In this document: one piece after another, positions 38,935-49,700 of the stretch | Position numbering within the stretch: position 1 is the stretch's first letter | Layout: every line of letters begins with the position of its first letter | DNA from: Aureliella sp. | GTDB lineage: Bacteria > Planctomycetota > Planctomycetia > Pirellulales > Pirellulaceae | Direction of reading: 5' to 3' | DNA: 64,000 nt | Assembly (NCBI GenBank): GCA_963691875.1 | Contig: OY829846.1 | Span: 1,024,001 to 1,088,000 of the forward strand | Notes under the pieces: model-generated | What the model was told of the DNA's origin: nothing | Databases searched by the model: none | The model's input: the letters and a program-made list of their open reading frames with translations, nothing else | Made by a program: the position numbers and the translations under genes

Positions 38935-39561
38935 TTATTTGTTACGGGACGCAAGCAGTTTTGCGACCGTTCCCCGGATGATGTCATGGATCGACTCGAT
39001 TGACGCCGTCGCATCAATCTGGGTTAAGTGATCTCCAAATTTTGGAGCTTCGGCGAGGTAGCCCTCTCGTACACGCGACATGTAATCCAAACCCCGACTC
39101 TCTAAGCGATCGCGTTCACCGCCCAATCTCTCGGCTGCGACTGCCGCCTCAATATCCAAAATAAAAGTATGATCGGGTTTTAGTCCGCCTGTTGCGACCT
39201 CGCCGACTTGCCATATCGCCTCAGGTGTAAGCCCACCTCCGTAGCCTTGATAAACGACATTTGCCAACAGGAACCGATCCGAGAGAACCGTTTTTCCAGC
39301 GGCAACGGCAGGCAGAATAATCTGTTCGACCAGCTGAGCTCGACTTGCCATATACATCAGCATTTCTGAGGTTGGGACAAGCGGAATCTCCTTGCGGTGC
39401 AACAGAATGTCCCGCAACGTTTCCCCGAGTTTTGTTCCACCGGGTTCTCGCACTCGAATGACCTCAGCCCCAGAATCTTCCAGCCAAGTTTGCAGCAGCT
39501 GCATTTGGGTAGACTTTCCACACCCGTCTATTCCATCAATGCTGAGAAAAATTCCGGCCAC
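38935..39561 (-). CDS. tmk: Thymidylate kinase
   Basis: FLSIDGIDGCGKSTQ, VREPGGT, LSDRF, VYQGYG. Confidence 0.96.
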   Translation of the reverse strand: MAGIFLSIDGIDGCGKSTQMQLLQTWLEDSGAEVIRVREPGGTKLGETLRDILLHRKEIPLVPTSEMLMYMASRAQLVEQIILPAVAAGKTVLSDRFLLANVVYQGYGGGLTPEAIWQVGEVATGGLKPDHTFILDIEAAVAAERLGGERDRLESRGLDYMSRVREGYLAEAPKFGDHLTQIDATASIESIHDIIRGTVAKLLASRNK

Positions 39562-39819
39562 AATATTCCTCTGAACTGCGATGATTTCAAAATCAACAAT
39601 TTGAAGGTCGACTCAAGCACAACTTCCCGTATGCCGCTAACGAGCTTCTTGCTTTTACGACAGAAGCGCAAAGCTCAAACTAGCTGTCGTGCTCGGATTG
39701 GCGCGATGGCAAGCCAGAACATTAACCCACGAATGCCGTACGCATAATTGAGCGGCGATCGGATTATCGCGAGAACACGCGAAGCCTTCAATGGGTTTGA
39801 CGCTTATGAAACCAAAGCT

Positions 39820-40827
39820 TCACGCCCGCAATCGAGCAATGCAATCGATCAATTCCTTTTCAGCCTCATCGTCGAGTGAGGCGACGCTTGTTGTAAAGCG
39901 AGGATTGCACTCGATCAACCACCAGCGATCCTCAGCATCGCGCAACCAGTCAAAGCCAATCCATCCGCAGGCTCCGGTTCCCAGAATGCGTTCAAGCTCC
40001 GCAGGCGTCAACTCCGGCGGAACCTCCTGACAAGGAACTACTTCGACGAATCTCAGACCACTCTGGTCCAACCTGGACATCCGTTCAATTCTCTGTCGCA
40101 TCGCTGCGAAGCGATGGAGTTTGCCAATGGGTTCGGCAAAGTAGCTTTGACTGAAACTCTGCCCAGAGATCAATGGCTGTACAATCCATTGCTCGGGCTC
40201 GCCAATCTCCGCTTGAAGCAAACATGGATTCTTAGTGATCACTAGTTGATGGCAATCGGCACCGCGGCGCGGTTTGATAATCCACTCTTCGTTGTTTCCT
40301 TGGCTGTTCGCCTCCAACCAAGCCTCATTCAGGGCGAGTAAGTTTGTGGTCGGTGGATGCATCAAGTCGCTTGTTCGTAGACTTTCCGCTGCCAGTAACT
40401 TGTCAGACGCTTTTTCCAGGAAATCACCTGAACAATTCAGCAGTGCGCAGCCCGCCGTTTCTAGTGTATCGACAACCCTTTCGAGGACGCCATCGATCTC
40501 AGGTGCGATCGCGATACTGAGATCACAGCGATTAGCGATCTGCCCCCACTTGTAAAGTGATTGCGAAACACTTTGAGAGTCGATGTGGGAAACAGCCACG
40601 TTACCAAGCTCAGTCAGGCGTTCCTGAAGCGAGCGTTCTACGAAGTCCAGTTTAGCAAGCTTCGTATCGAGCGCGAGTTCCACTACGTGCCCTGCGCGTG
40701 AAAGCAACTGCGTGACCGCTGCAAGCATTTGCCATCCCTCGTCGAACAGATCGGAAAGCTCACTCAGCCCTGCTTCAGCACTCTCGCAGCCACTTCCACA
40801 AATCCATTCCAATACTGCGATCCGCAT
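39820..40827 (-). CDS. ATP-grasp domain protein (ATP-grasp_3/MfnD-like)
   Basis: IAVLEWICG, IAPEIDGVL, ASDK, IIKPRRGA, IVQPLISG, GWIGFD, LIECNPRFTTS. Confidence 0.8.
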   Translation of the reverse strand: MRIAVLEWICGSGCESAEAGLSELSDLFDEGWQMLAAVTQLLSRAGHVVELALDTKLAKLDFVERSLQERLTELGNVAVSHIDSQSVSQSLYKWGQIANRCDLSIAIAPEIDGVLERVVDTLETAGCALLNCSGDFLEKASDKLLAAESLRTSDLMHPPTTNLLALNEAWLEANSQGNNEEWIIKPRRGADCHQLVITKNPCLLQAEIGEPEQWIVQPLISGQSFSQSYFAEPIGKLHRFAAMRQRIERMSRLDQSGLRFVEVVPCQEVPPELTPAELERILGTGACGWIGFDWLRDAEDRWWLIECNPRFTTSVASLDDEAEKELIDCIARLRA

Positions 40828-40831
40828 GCGG

Positions 40832-42106
40832 CTAAGGTTCCTGAGTCCGCGCGTAAGTGAGTTTCACATGGGCCGGTAGGTCTGCCTTCAGTCTCACAAG
40901 CTCTTCAACATCGATCGTTAAACGTTCTAGCCCAATCTTGATCGGGGTCTTGCGAGAACCCAGGCGTCGAAGATGTTGGATTTTGATCCAACTGCCACCA
41001 AGAATGAGTTCCTCGATGCAGGGCATTCCCAGTAGTTCCTCCACCGTCGATGGTTCCAGGGGAGAGCAATCCGTCATTAAGAGTTTCCGGCTCCTTCTAG
41101 CACGCACAATATCCAACAAGCACTGATCCGAAAACTGGCAATATTGAAACATAATTGTGTTCTCAGCCGGTAATGTCGCGTCGACTTTCAGCGGGGAAAG
41201 ATCTTCGGGGAAACTAAGTCTCGTTATATTCAAATTAGGCGACGAAGTCTCAAAAAGAGCTGAAGCATTACGCGTAATCTGACTATTAAAGAATTTCATG
41301 TGTACCTGGGGCGAGAATCTTTTTAACGAAGCCCCGTCTACAACATGACAGTTGTAGAGCAGCAACGTTTTCAGCTTTGGCAGTTCTGCGCTGTTGCCAA
41401 ACGCAGGATCAACGCGACTATTCTTGAGGTGCATGTGCCAGAGTTCTGGGAAGTCCAGATTCTCATACCGCAGAACATCCGACTGCAATTCCATCATCGT
41501 ATCATTGGCTAAACTCCCGACTATCTCTAGCTCATCAGGTTCCGGCTCAACCAAGTGTATGCTCAAGAACGGTTTCAATGGACAGCCTTCAATCCAATCG
41601 ACAACAGGCTGCTCTAAACGAATGCCCGGTTCCTGCACATAGATCGAAACGAAACGAACTCTGTCTCGGGGAATTTGGCCGAGTTTTGACTGATCCAGTT
41701 GAGTCAGATCCATTTCGACGGAAACCAGTTCCGTATCGAAGGTATTACGAATCACAGAGCCAGCCCAACGCCAGTTCCCGTGTGGCAAGACCTGGAATTC
41801 ACTGATTCCCACGTCACTCAGCGTTCGTATTAGATGGCGGCTCTCAAACACTGTGCGAACAGGAATACATGCCACAGCGATCAGAATCGGAATGAAGATT
41901 ACGACTAGCTTCAGGCTCGAACGTCGACGAAACTGCAAAAGGATCACTGTGATGACGAGAATCACTGCGGCAGCTAGCCCAATCGAAACCGTCCAGACCG
42001 GGGCTGCGCGAAAGCTCCAGTAAAAGATGTAGGTCCAGAGACCCAGGACCAAGAATGCCCAACCTAGGCAACGCAAAATCTTCGGTACTGGCTGCAACTC
42101 TTGCAT
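40832..42106 (-). CDS. Hypothetical membrane protein with LRR-like C-terminus
   Basis: Three TM segments after MQELQ (start moved to 42106 to avoid overlap with the adk-like gene), then LPKLKTLLL and IEELILGG repeats. Confidence 0.6.
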   Translation of the reverse strand: MQELQPVPKILRCLGWAFLVLGLWTYIFYWSFRAAPVWTVSIGLAAAVILVITVILLQFRRRSSLKLVVIFIPILIAVACIPVRTVFESRHLIRTLSDVGISEFQVLPHGNWRWAGSVIRNTFDTELVSVEMDLTQLDQSKLGQIPRDRVRFVSIYVQEPGIRLEQPVVDWIEGCPLKPFLSIHLVEPEPDELEIVGSLANDTMMELQSDVLRYENLDFPELWHMHLKNSRVDPAFGNSAELPKLKTLLLYNCHVVDGASLKRFSPQVHMKFFNSQITRNASALFETSSPNLNITRLSFPEDLSPLKVDATLPAENTIMFQYCQFSDQCLLDIVRARRSRKLLMTDCSPLEPSTVEELLGMPCIEELILGGSWIKIQHLRRLGSRKTPIKIGLERLTIDVEELVRLKADLPAHVKLTYARTQEP

Positions 42107-42359
42107 AGCTGGAGAATGGGTAACGTAGGCTGAATTCAAAGGCCCTGGACGCGGAGATTTCACGAGCTCAACGAGAATTGTACCCGTTGGTCCCAAACGC
42201 TGCCCAGATTTGCGTAAGTTATTGTGATGGGCGGCGTCTAGGCTAAGAACCAACTTGACCTTACCATTCTGGATTGCTTTGAAGAGAGCAACTGATGCTA
42301 GCACCTCCAACCGGAAACGCTGACACGGCCCGGCCAAAGATCGATTCCTGAGACCTCGC

Positions 42360-43568
42360 ATGACCAAACCAGATCTCTCCAACCGACCCGCAGCCGTCGA
42401 CAACTTAGAAGTCAAAGACGCGCAGGTTATCTTCACCAACGTGTGGAACGAACTCGAGGCTGAGTTTGGCAGGGAGAATCTGCATTTCTCAAAGGAATTG
42501 ATTCTTTTGGGCGGAGCTCCGGGGTCTGGAAAAGGCACCAACACCGAATTTATCATGCGCGCGAGAGATCTTACTTGCCCACCTATCGTCGTCAGTTCAC
42601 TGCTCGACACTCCCGAAGCACGGCGTATCAAAGAAGCTGGCGGGATGGTAGGCGACCGCGAAGTCGTCGGACTGGTCTTTCGCAAGCTGCTTGAACCCGA
42701 CTTTCGCGATGGATGCGTTTTGGACGGATTTCCGAGAACCGGTGTTCAAGTCGAATGCTTGAAGCTGTTGGTCCAGAAGATGAATCAGCTTTACAGGCTT
42801 TATCGTACCACGCCGATGGCTGCAAACTTTCGCAAGCCGACGATTCATGTGATGGTGCTTTTCGTCGATGAGAAGACGAGCGTGGATCGCCAACTGAAAC
42901 GCGGACGTGAAATTGCTGACTTGAACGCTCGTGCCGTCGCTGAAGGCGATTCACCGCCCTTCGTCGAGCGAGCAACTGACAAAGACCCGAACGCGGCAAA
43001 GCACCGGTACCGAGTCTTCAAGGAACAGACTTGGGAAGCACTGCAGTCGCTGAAGCAACATTTCCATTACCATTTCATCAATGCTCAAGGAAACGTCGAG
43101 AGTGTTGAGAAGAACATCATCAAGGAGCTCGACTACCAAAGCTCACTTGAGCTCGACCCCAAGACATACGACTCGGTTCGACATCTGCCGCTCGCATCCG
43201 ATCTGGCGATTCACGCGCGGCAAGAGTTAGTTAAACGCATGGATGGCTACCAGCGCGAGCATCAAGATCTCTTCCAACAAGTAATCAAGTTGATTGAAGA
43301 AAGATTTATCCCCATTGTGACCCGGCACGCCATTCCTGGCATGGCCGTCGTCAACTCGGAGGACCCTTTGTTTGAACAGCCACTTGCACTCGCGATGGTG
43401 ATCGACATTTTCTCAGAGCGAGGATTCAAGGCGGTTGCCAATATCAACTTGGCGGACGTCCCAAGCCGCATTGACCTTCAGACCGGTGAAATCACGCTTA
43501 CTCGCAAGAAGATCTACCGTTTCCAAATCCGCTTCGGGGGTTCTCAAATCCGCCGCGGCGAGGACTGA
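42360..43568 (+). CDS. Adenylate kinase-like nucleoside monophosphate kinase, long form
   Basis: LLGGAPGSGKGT, LDGFPRT..Q, ERATD; about 140-aa C-terminal extension. Confidence 0.85.
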   Translation: MTKPDLSNRPAAVDNLEVKDAQVIFTNVWNELEAEFGRENLHFSKELILLGGAPGSGKGTNTEFIMRARDLTCPPIVVSSLLDTPEARRIKEAGGMVGDREVVGLVFRKLLEPDFRDGCVLDGFPRTGVQVECLKLLVQKMNQLYRLYRTTPMAANFRKPTIHVMVLFVDEKTSVDRQLKRGREIADLNARAVAEGDSPPFVERATDKDPNAAKHRYRVFKEQTWEALQSLKQHFHYHFINAQGNVESVEKNIIKELDYQSSLELDPKTYDSVRHLPLASDLAIHARQELVKRMDGYQREHQDLFQQVIKLIEERFIPIVTRHAIPGMAVVNSEDPLFEQPLALAMVIDIFSERGFKAVANINLADVPSRIDLQTGEITLTRKKIYRFQIRFGGSQIRRGED

Positions 43569-44154
43569 TTCTATCACGGTGATTCATCTGAAACCCGTAG
43601 TAGAGTAACTCAAGACTTTCCGGCGTAGTGAATGAGGTCACGAATCCTGGAGCAGAGCTCTCACTGCTGGTGGCTCCATGATTAATCCCCTATCACAACG
43701 AATGAGAACTGCTTGTCAGAGGAACCGCGATGCCGTCGGAGCGCTCACGCCTTTGGCCATCAAGAATCGGTGCAGTCTGCGTTCATATTGTTTTCTAGAG
43801 CCCCCTGTTCCCGGCCAAGACTGAACTATGATGGATAACAAATTACGCACGCGAAAGCCAACAATCGCGACCGAAGAGGCGACGCAACTTTTCGCTGACC
43901 AGTCGGAGTTGACCAACGCGTTCGGAATGGATTTCGCACGCACAGAGCCGACACATGGAGAGTTTGCTCAGCTTTCAAAGGATTTATCCAAGAGCTGATT
44001 GTTATTCGATACGACGTCGTGCAAAACAATTTTGCGTTCGACCAGAACTGAAGACAAAAGCGCTGGATCGCGGTCCCTCTTCCTGCACCCAAGAAATTGG
44101 ACGAGTAGACGCGGTGTTTCGGCAGGGCAGGATAACACGCAAAACGCGGGTTGC

Positions 44155-45183
44155 TTACCTGCCGAAATCAGCCAGGAATCCGAGTCCATTACCGGCGTGG
44201 ACTTGATAAACGAGCTTAGCAAACAAGAACATCCAAAGCGTTAGGCTTGGCTCATTCTCAAGACTGTAGGATATCTCACTCTGCACCCAACGCAAATCAG
44301 CCTTGCCACGCAAGACGCTTTCTTCGCGATAAACCGTTGGCCAAACACAATTCCAGACTTGGCGCAGTTGTGAAGGAAAATTTTTGTCGTCTTGCAAGGC
44401 TTCATGCAAAAAGCTCAGCGATGGCACACATTCAAACCAATCGTTGTTGCCTGCATCAGCCGCTGGTCGCTTCGTTGCTCGCACACTCTTCGACGCCCGA
44501 GTCGCGATGTCGAGTAGCAAGTCGTCAAAGTTGTTTGGACTAGGTCGATTGACTTCTGCCGATTCGTCATAAGACATGACAAGCCAATCGGGTGTGGCGA
44601 ACTGGATATGCCAAGCTTGCTCCCGCCACTCGGCCTTGCAAGGCAACTTGAGATTTGAGTTCTTACCCCAAGCATTGAAGTCAAAACTTTTCTGCTGACG
44701 CACCGCTGCCTCACGAACCAAAGTTGTCCAATCCGCCTGGGTAACTCTCGCCTCCAAGTCAATCGGAAAGCTAGATAGGCCCAAAACTCCAAACCAAGTT
44801 TCTAGACTAGAAACCTCGCAGGGCACGGACTGGTGGTAGACAATGTCCACGTTGCTCGGAAACAACCAATCGCTTTGTCTGGCTGGGACGATCGCCAGCA
44901 AATCGAGCAGGTTTTGCTCGCTGGCAATTTCAAACAACCCTTTCGCTGCCGCCTCGGGTTCTACTGCCTGCGAGTGCCGAACAAGTTGATTTACCATATC
45001 CAGCCGCGGCTTGACCTGACGCGCGAATGGATTGCTAGCCGACTTGACAAGAGCTTGAATCCAGCTGGCAGTAAACGGTTGACTCAAGGAAACGACTTCA
45101 GGTTGGTAACTCGGGTTAGAACAGGGCGAAGTATTTTTGCAGAAAGCCAACCTGACCGCTACGCCAACCTTGACGATCATCAA
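44155..45183 (-). CDS. Hypothetical protein
   Basis: 342-aa ORF with no recognisable motif; start uncertain. Confidence 0.45.
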   Translation of the reverse strand: MMIVKVGVAVRLAFCKNTSPCSNPSYQPEVVSLSQPFTASWIQALVKSASNPFARQVKPRLDMVNQLVRHSQAVEPEAAAKGLFEIASEQNLLDLLAIVPARQSDWLFPSNVDIVYHQSVPCEVSSLETWFGVLGLSSFPIDLEARVTQADWTTLVREAAVRQQKSFDFNAWGKNSNLKLPCKAEWREQAWHIQFATPDWLVMSYDESAEVNRPSPNNFDDLLLDIATRASKSVRATKRPAADAGNNDWFECVPSLSFLHEALQDDKNFPSQLRQVWNCVWPTVYREESVLRGKADLRWVQSEISYSLENEPSLTLWMFLFAKLVYQVHAGNGLGFLADFGR

Positions 45184-46342
45184 TCTGGGGCGAAGACGCG
45201 GGTCGAAGGGTGATGCTCGCTAGTACCAGCAATAGGCCCAACGATAAGAACGCGTTGTTAGCTTCAAGCCGTTTGAGCTGGCCTAGCCTCGGATCCGCCA
45301 AAGTTTGCCCCTGAAATACTGCAGACAGGACTCCGGTTTCGACGGCTAGCGCGACCGTTAGCCAGGAGGCACCTTGGTACGCGTAAAACGCTTAGTAGAA
45401 GTCCTCCGGGAAATCACGAAATCCAAACGTCGCATACTCGAAGACCAGGTAGCCAGCTTACAGCAAAATGACGCACAGCAATGTGCTTCGGTAGGCAGAA
45501 TGCATACACTCGCTCGCTTTCTCGCCTAACAGCTCGGAACGAGTCTTCTCTGGTAAGAGCTGCATCGCATCTGGATAAATAGAGCCCAGAAGCACTGCGA
45601 CGCTGCAGAACCAGAAAATGGCTTGCCCCGGACTGAGGCTACAAACGTAGGTCCAAATGGAAGTCCACACCGATTCGATCCACGCAGAAAACTATTGGGC
45701 GAAATCAGGATTGGCCAACACGAAAAGCGTTGAAAACAACACGACTGCTCCTACCTACAAGGTGCATTGCGGCGCGAAAGCAGGTCCCATTGCACCAGTT
45801 GCCTTGTCAATTCCGGAGAATCAAACTCCGCGTATCCGTGTGATAACTCCTTGCAGACAATCAGCGAAGAACTCCAGCAGCCAAGGAAAGCACGGCGTCA
45901 CGCGAGTCATTGACATGGCAATTGCCGTTAAACGCAGTCAACCACAACCAACTTGTGGCCTACTACCACACCAGACAAGTTTAAGGACGAGTAAGACCAA
46001 CGGTGCCGCAAGGCCAAGTGTTGTGGTGCTCGCTTTATATCCCCTTTTTGCGAAAGTAAACACAAGCATTGCAAATGCAAAACTGCAGAGCCAAAGCAAG
46101 AAAGTTCCCATACTGGAAAACGAGAAAATCGCGCACAGTCGCCCATATGAAAGACCGAGCAAGTCGACCCCCAAGTACTTTCCAACGACCACAAGGATAG
46201 GCTTGGGCTGTTTCGCTGAAGAGTCGTCCACCGCTTCTGCTGTTATGAGCGGATCCGCCGGCTCAATAACTGCAGATTCAGTACTCTGCACACTGGGCGA
46301 ATCTGAAGATGGCGAGACTTGCTCTACGTTCTGACCAATCAC
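45116..46342 (-). pseudogene. DUF4173/DUF4153-like membrane protein pseudogene
   Basis: ORFs 46342, 45670 and 45301 share one frame. Read-through gives LFVLANPDF..AYRSTLLCVILL*AGYLVFEYATFGFRDFPEDFY*AFYAYQGASWLTVALA..DPRL, with at least six in-frame stops. Confidence 0.65.
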
Positions 46343-46707
46343 AGGAGCATCGACGGAAACTAGATTCTCTTCCGAGGGCGTCAGCTCTCCTCTTCGCGTT
46401 CTGGACCATCTGGCTCAACCATTTCAAGTTCCTTCCTCTCATCCTCTTTAAAGACGATGCAGCCACAAACAAAATGCATTTTCGCAGTAGTGACTCGATT
46501 CGGAGTCTGCCAAGCGAGAAACGGTGAACTTAACTCCGATTCCAGTTTGCGTTTATGAAGAACTAAATAGAAGGATGGGTGGGTTATGTGCATTTATTCA
46601 TTCTGGTTCAGAGATTTAACACTTTTCCTTCGGCTAATTTGTCCGATAGACTGACAACTAGCCTTCAGTCAATTGCGAGTCACGCTGAAGTTGAAAGAGT
46701 AAAGCCA

Positions 46708-49700
46708 ATGCCAGAGCACAGAACAATCCTTCGACAAGCAACTATGAGCGTGCGATTCTCGTTGTGGCTTGCCAATGCTCCCTTTTTCCAGCTCGGCTTG
46801 CTTGTACTGCTCACTCTCACCGCGCCAAATGTACTTTTGGCAGATCGATTCCGCACCGTAGTTCTGAGTGAAGCGTTCGAAAGTGAGGGGGCGGCAATCG
46901 CAGATCTTGATGACGATGACGTCGCTGACATTGTCTCCGGCGCATTCTGGTACAAAGGACCCGATTTTCAAACTCGTCACACGTACGCGGAGGCCAAGGA
47001 GTACTCAATTGCAGGATACTCAGATTACTTCTTCACCTTCGCGCATGATTTTGATGACGATGGAGATATTGACATTCTCTCCATCCCCATTCCCGGCGGT
47101 GCTGCTCAACTACATTTGAATCCCGGACATAGCGAAATTGGGGCGGATCTAACTTGGCCATCACATCTGGTTCTAAAAGACGTCGGGAATGAATCTCCGA
47201 CGCTCGTGGATTTCGATGGTGACGGAGACATGGAGCTAGTTTGCATTCAAGGCGGAGAATTTGGCTACGCCAAACCCGATTTGGATCTCACACATCACTG
47301 GAAATTCGAAGCTATCGGTCAGCGTGCCGGACTTGGTCGCTTTACTCATGGTCTTGGCGTGGGCGACGTCGACGGTGACGGCAAGATGGACTTGCTAGAA
47401 AGAAACGGCTGGTGGCGACAGCCAGCTGAAGAGGACAAAGCATTTCAATTCTATCCAGCGAAATTCGCCGAGTCAGGCGGTGCTCAGATGTTTGCCTATG
47501 ACTTCGATGGAGACGGCGACAACGACATCGTCTCTTCTCAGAACGCACATGGTTATGGCTTGTGCTGGTTTGAGCGTCGCGGCTCAAATTTGAGTGATTG
47601 TTTTTTCGTCAAGCACCAGATCATGGGTTCGAAGCATTCAGACAATCCCTACGGACTCTCCATCAGCCAGCTCCATGCGCTGGCGCTAGCCGATATCGAC
47701 GGCGATGGCGTCAAAGATATTGTTACCGGTAAACGTTTTTGGGCCCACAGCGGCGAGGATCCTGGATCGCAGCAGCTACCTGTCTTTGTATTGGTTTAAA
47801 ACAAAGCGAAGTCGGCTAGGCGTCGAGTTTGTTCCAATGCACATTCATGATCGCATTGGTTTAGGAACACAGCTTGTCACTGGCGACGTCGATGGCAACG
47901 GCCATGAGGACATTGTTGTCGGCAACAAACTTGGCACCTTCCTTCAGCTGAATAGAGGCATAGAGGAGCCGCAGCCGCAGCAGTCCAATCTTCTTCCCTC
48001 TATTGTCGGGACTGCAGATTTCACAGGCGGTGTGCGTTCCACCGAGCCACGCTCCCCCGCAGAGGAAAGAGCTAGCTTTGTACTGCCTTACGGCTTTGAA
48101 GCACAATTGTTTGCAAGTGAGCCGCAGATTGCAAAACCGCTCAACATGGCTTTCAATCATCGCGGGCGTTTATGGATCACCAATACCGTCGAATACCCCC
48201 ACCCGGCGCCAATTGGCGAGAAAGGACGAGACTCGATCAAGATTTTGGAGGACACGACGGGTGATGGTCGAGCCGACAAAGTCACCACTTTCGCAGACGG
48301 ACTGAACATCCCAATGGGGCTGTATCCGTACGCTGATGGAGTTATCTGTTTTAGCATCCCCAACATCCTCTATCTTCGCGACACAGACGGTGACGGTGTG
48401 GCAGACGAGCGAGAAGTGCTATACGGACCATTTGATACAACTCGCGACACTCATGGAATGTGCAATGCATTCACCCGAAGTTACGATGGCTGGTTGTATG
48501 CGTGCCATGGCTTCAACAACCAGTCTCAAGTTTCCGGTACAGACGGTCACACGGTCACGATGCACTCGGGCAATACCTTCCGCATGAAACTTGATGGCTC
48601 GCGCATAGAGCACTTTACCCATGGCCAAGTCAATCCATTCGGAATGGCAGTCGACCCACACGGTGACTTTTTCACAGCAGACTGCCACACAAAACCTGTC
48701 ACATTGCTCATCGAAAGCGGGTTTAATGAGAGTTTTGGCAAGCCTCATGACGGCCTCGGCTTCACGCCTCAGCTCATGGAACACTTGCATGGCAGTACGG
48801 CGATTGGAGGAATTGCACTCTACCATGCCAAGTCCTTCCCAAAAGAATACCGAGGCTCCGCCTTCGGTGGAAATGTGATGACCAGCCGGATCAATCGAAA
48901 CTCGATCCAACAGCGGGGTGGAAGTCTTGTTGCGCGAGAAGAACCTGACTTTCTCATCTCAGGTGATCCATGGTTCCGTCCTGTCGATCTACAAGTTGGA
49001 CCTGACGGCGCTATGTATGTCGCAGATTTCTACAACAAGATCATTGGCCATTACGAAGTCCCACTGGATCATCCTGGCCGAGATCGGCATCGCGGAAGAA
49101 TATGGCGAATCGTTTACAAGGGAAAGCGATTCGAAACAGAACCGCATTCCAGTGCGTCCTTGCAGCTTGCCACCAGTCTTGACGATGCGCTTGCCGCTTT
49201 GAGATCGGACAATCTATCCAAGCGAATGCTGGCGACAGACGAAATTGTGGATAAGCATGTTAAAGAATCGAGCCTCGACAGGCTGCATCAAAGTCTGTTG
49301 AGCGCGTCGAGCTCTAATGAAAAAGTACACATACTCTGGGCCCTCGCTCGACTTGATGAGCTCAAAGCTGAAGAGCTGGAGACGTGCCTAAGCGACACGG
49401 ATGCTCGAGTCCGTGGCCACTGCTACCAAGTACTAGCTACATTCCCTGAGCGCACTCTGCAAACTGACGAATGGATCAAATCGGGCTTCCAAGATCCAAA
49501 CCCACGAATACGACGATACGCGGCCGGGGCTGCGGCGAAGTTATGCTCAAAAGAATTAATAACTCCAATTCTAAGTTGCCTAATCGATAGTAGAGGTGAT
49601 CCGCACTTGCATTATGCGCTTCGCATTGCCCTCAGAAATCACTTGAAGGATGAATCCTGGTTCAAAGCCTTGACGCCGCAGTTCTCGAGCCAACAAAGAG

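Noticed and set aside
42107..42685. N-terminal extension of the 617-aa ORF
   Set aside because: Antisense shadow of the adenylate kinase-like gene; the plausible start is at 42106.
43700..44150. Short overlapping ORFs after the adk-like gene
   Set aside because: No motif or consistent frame; cannot support a call.
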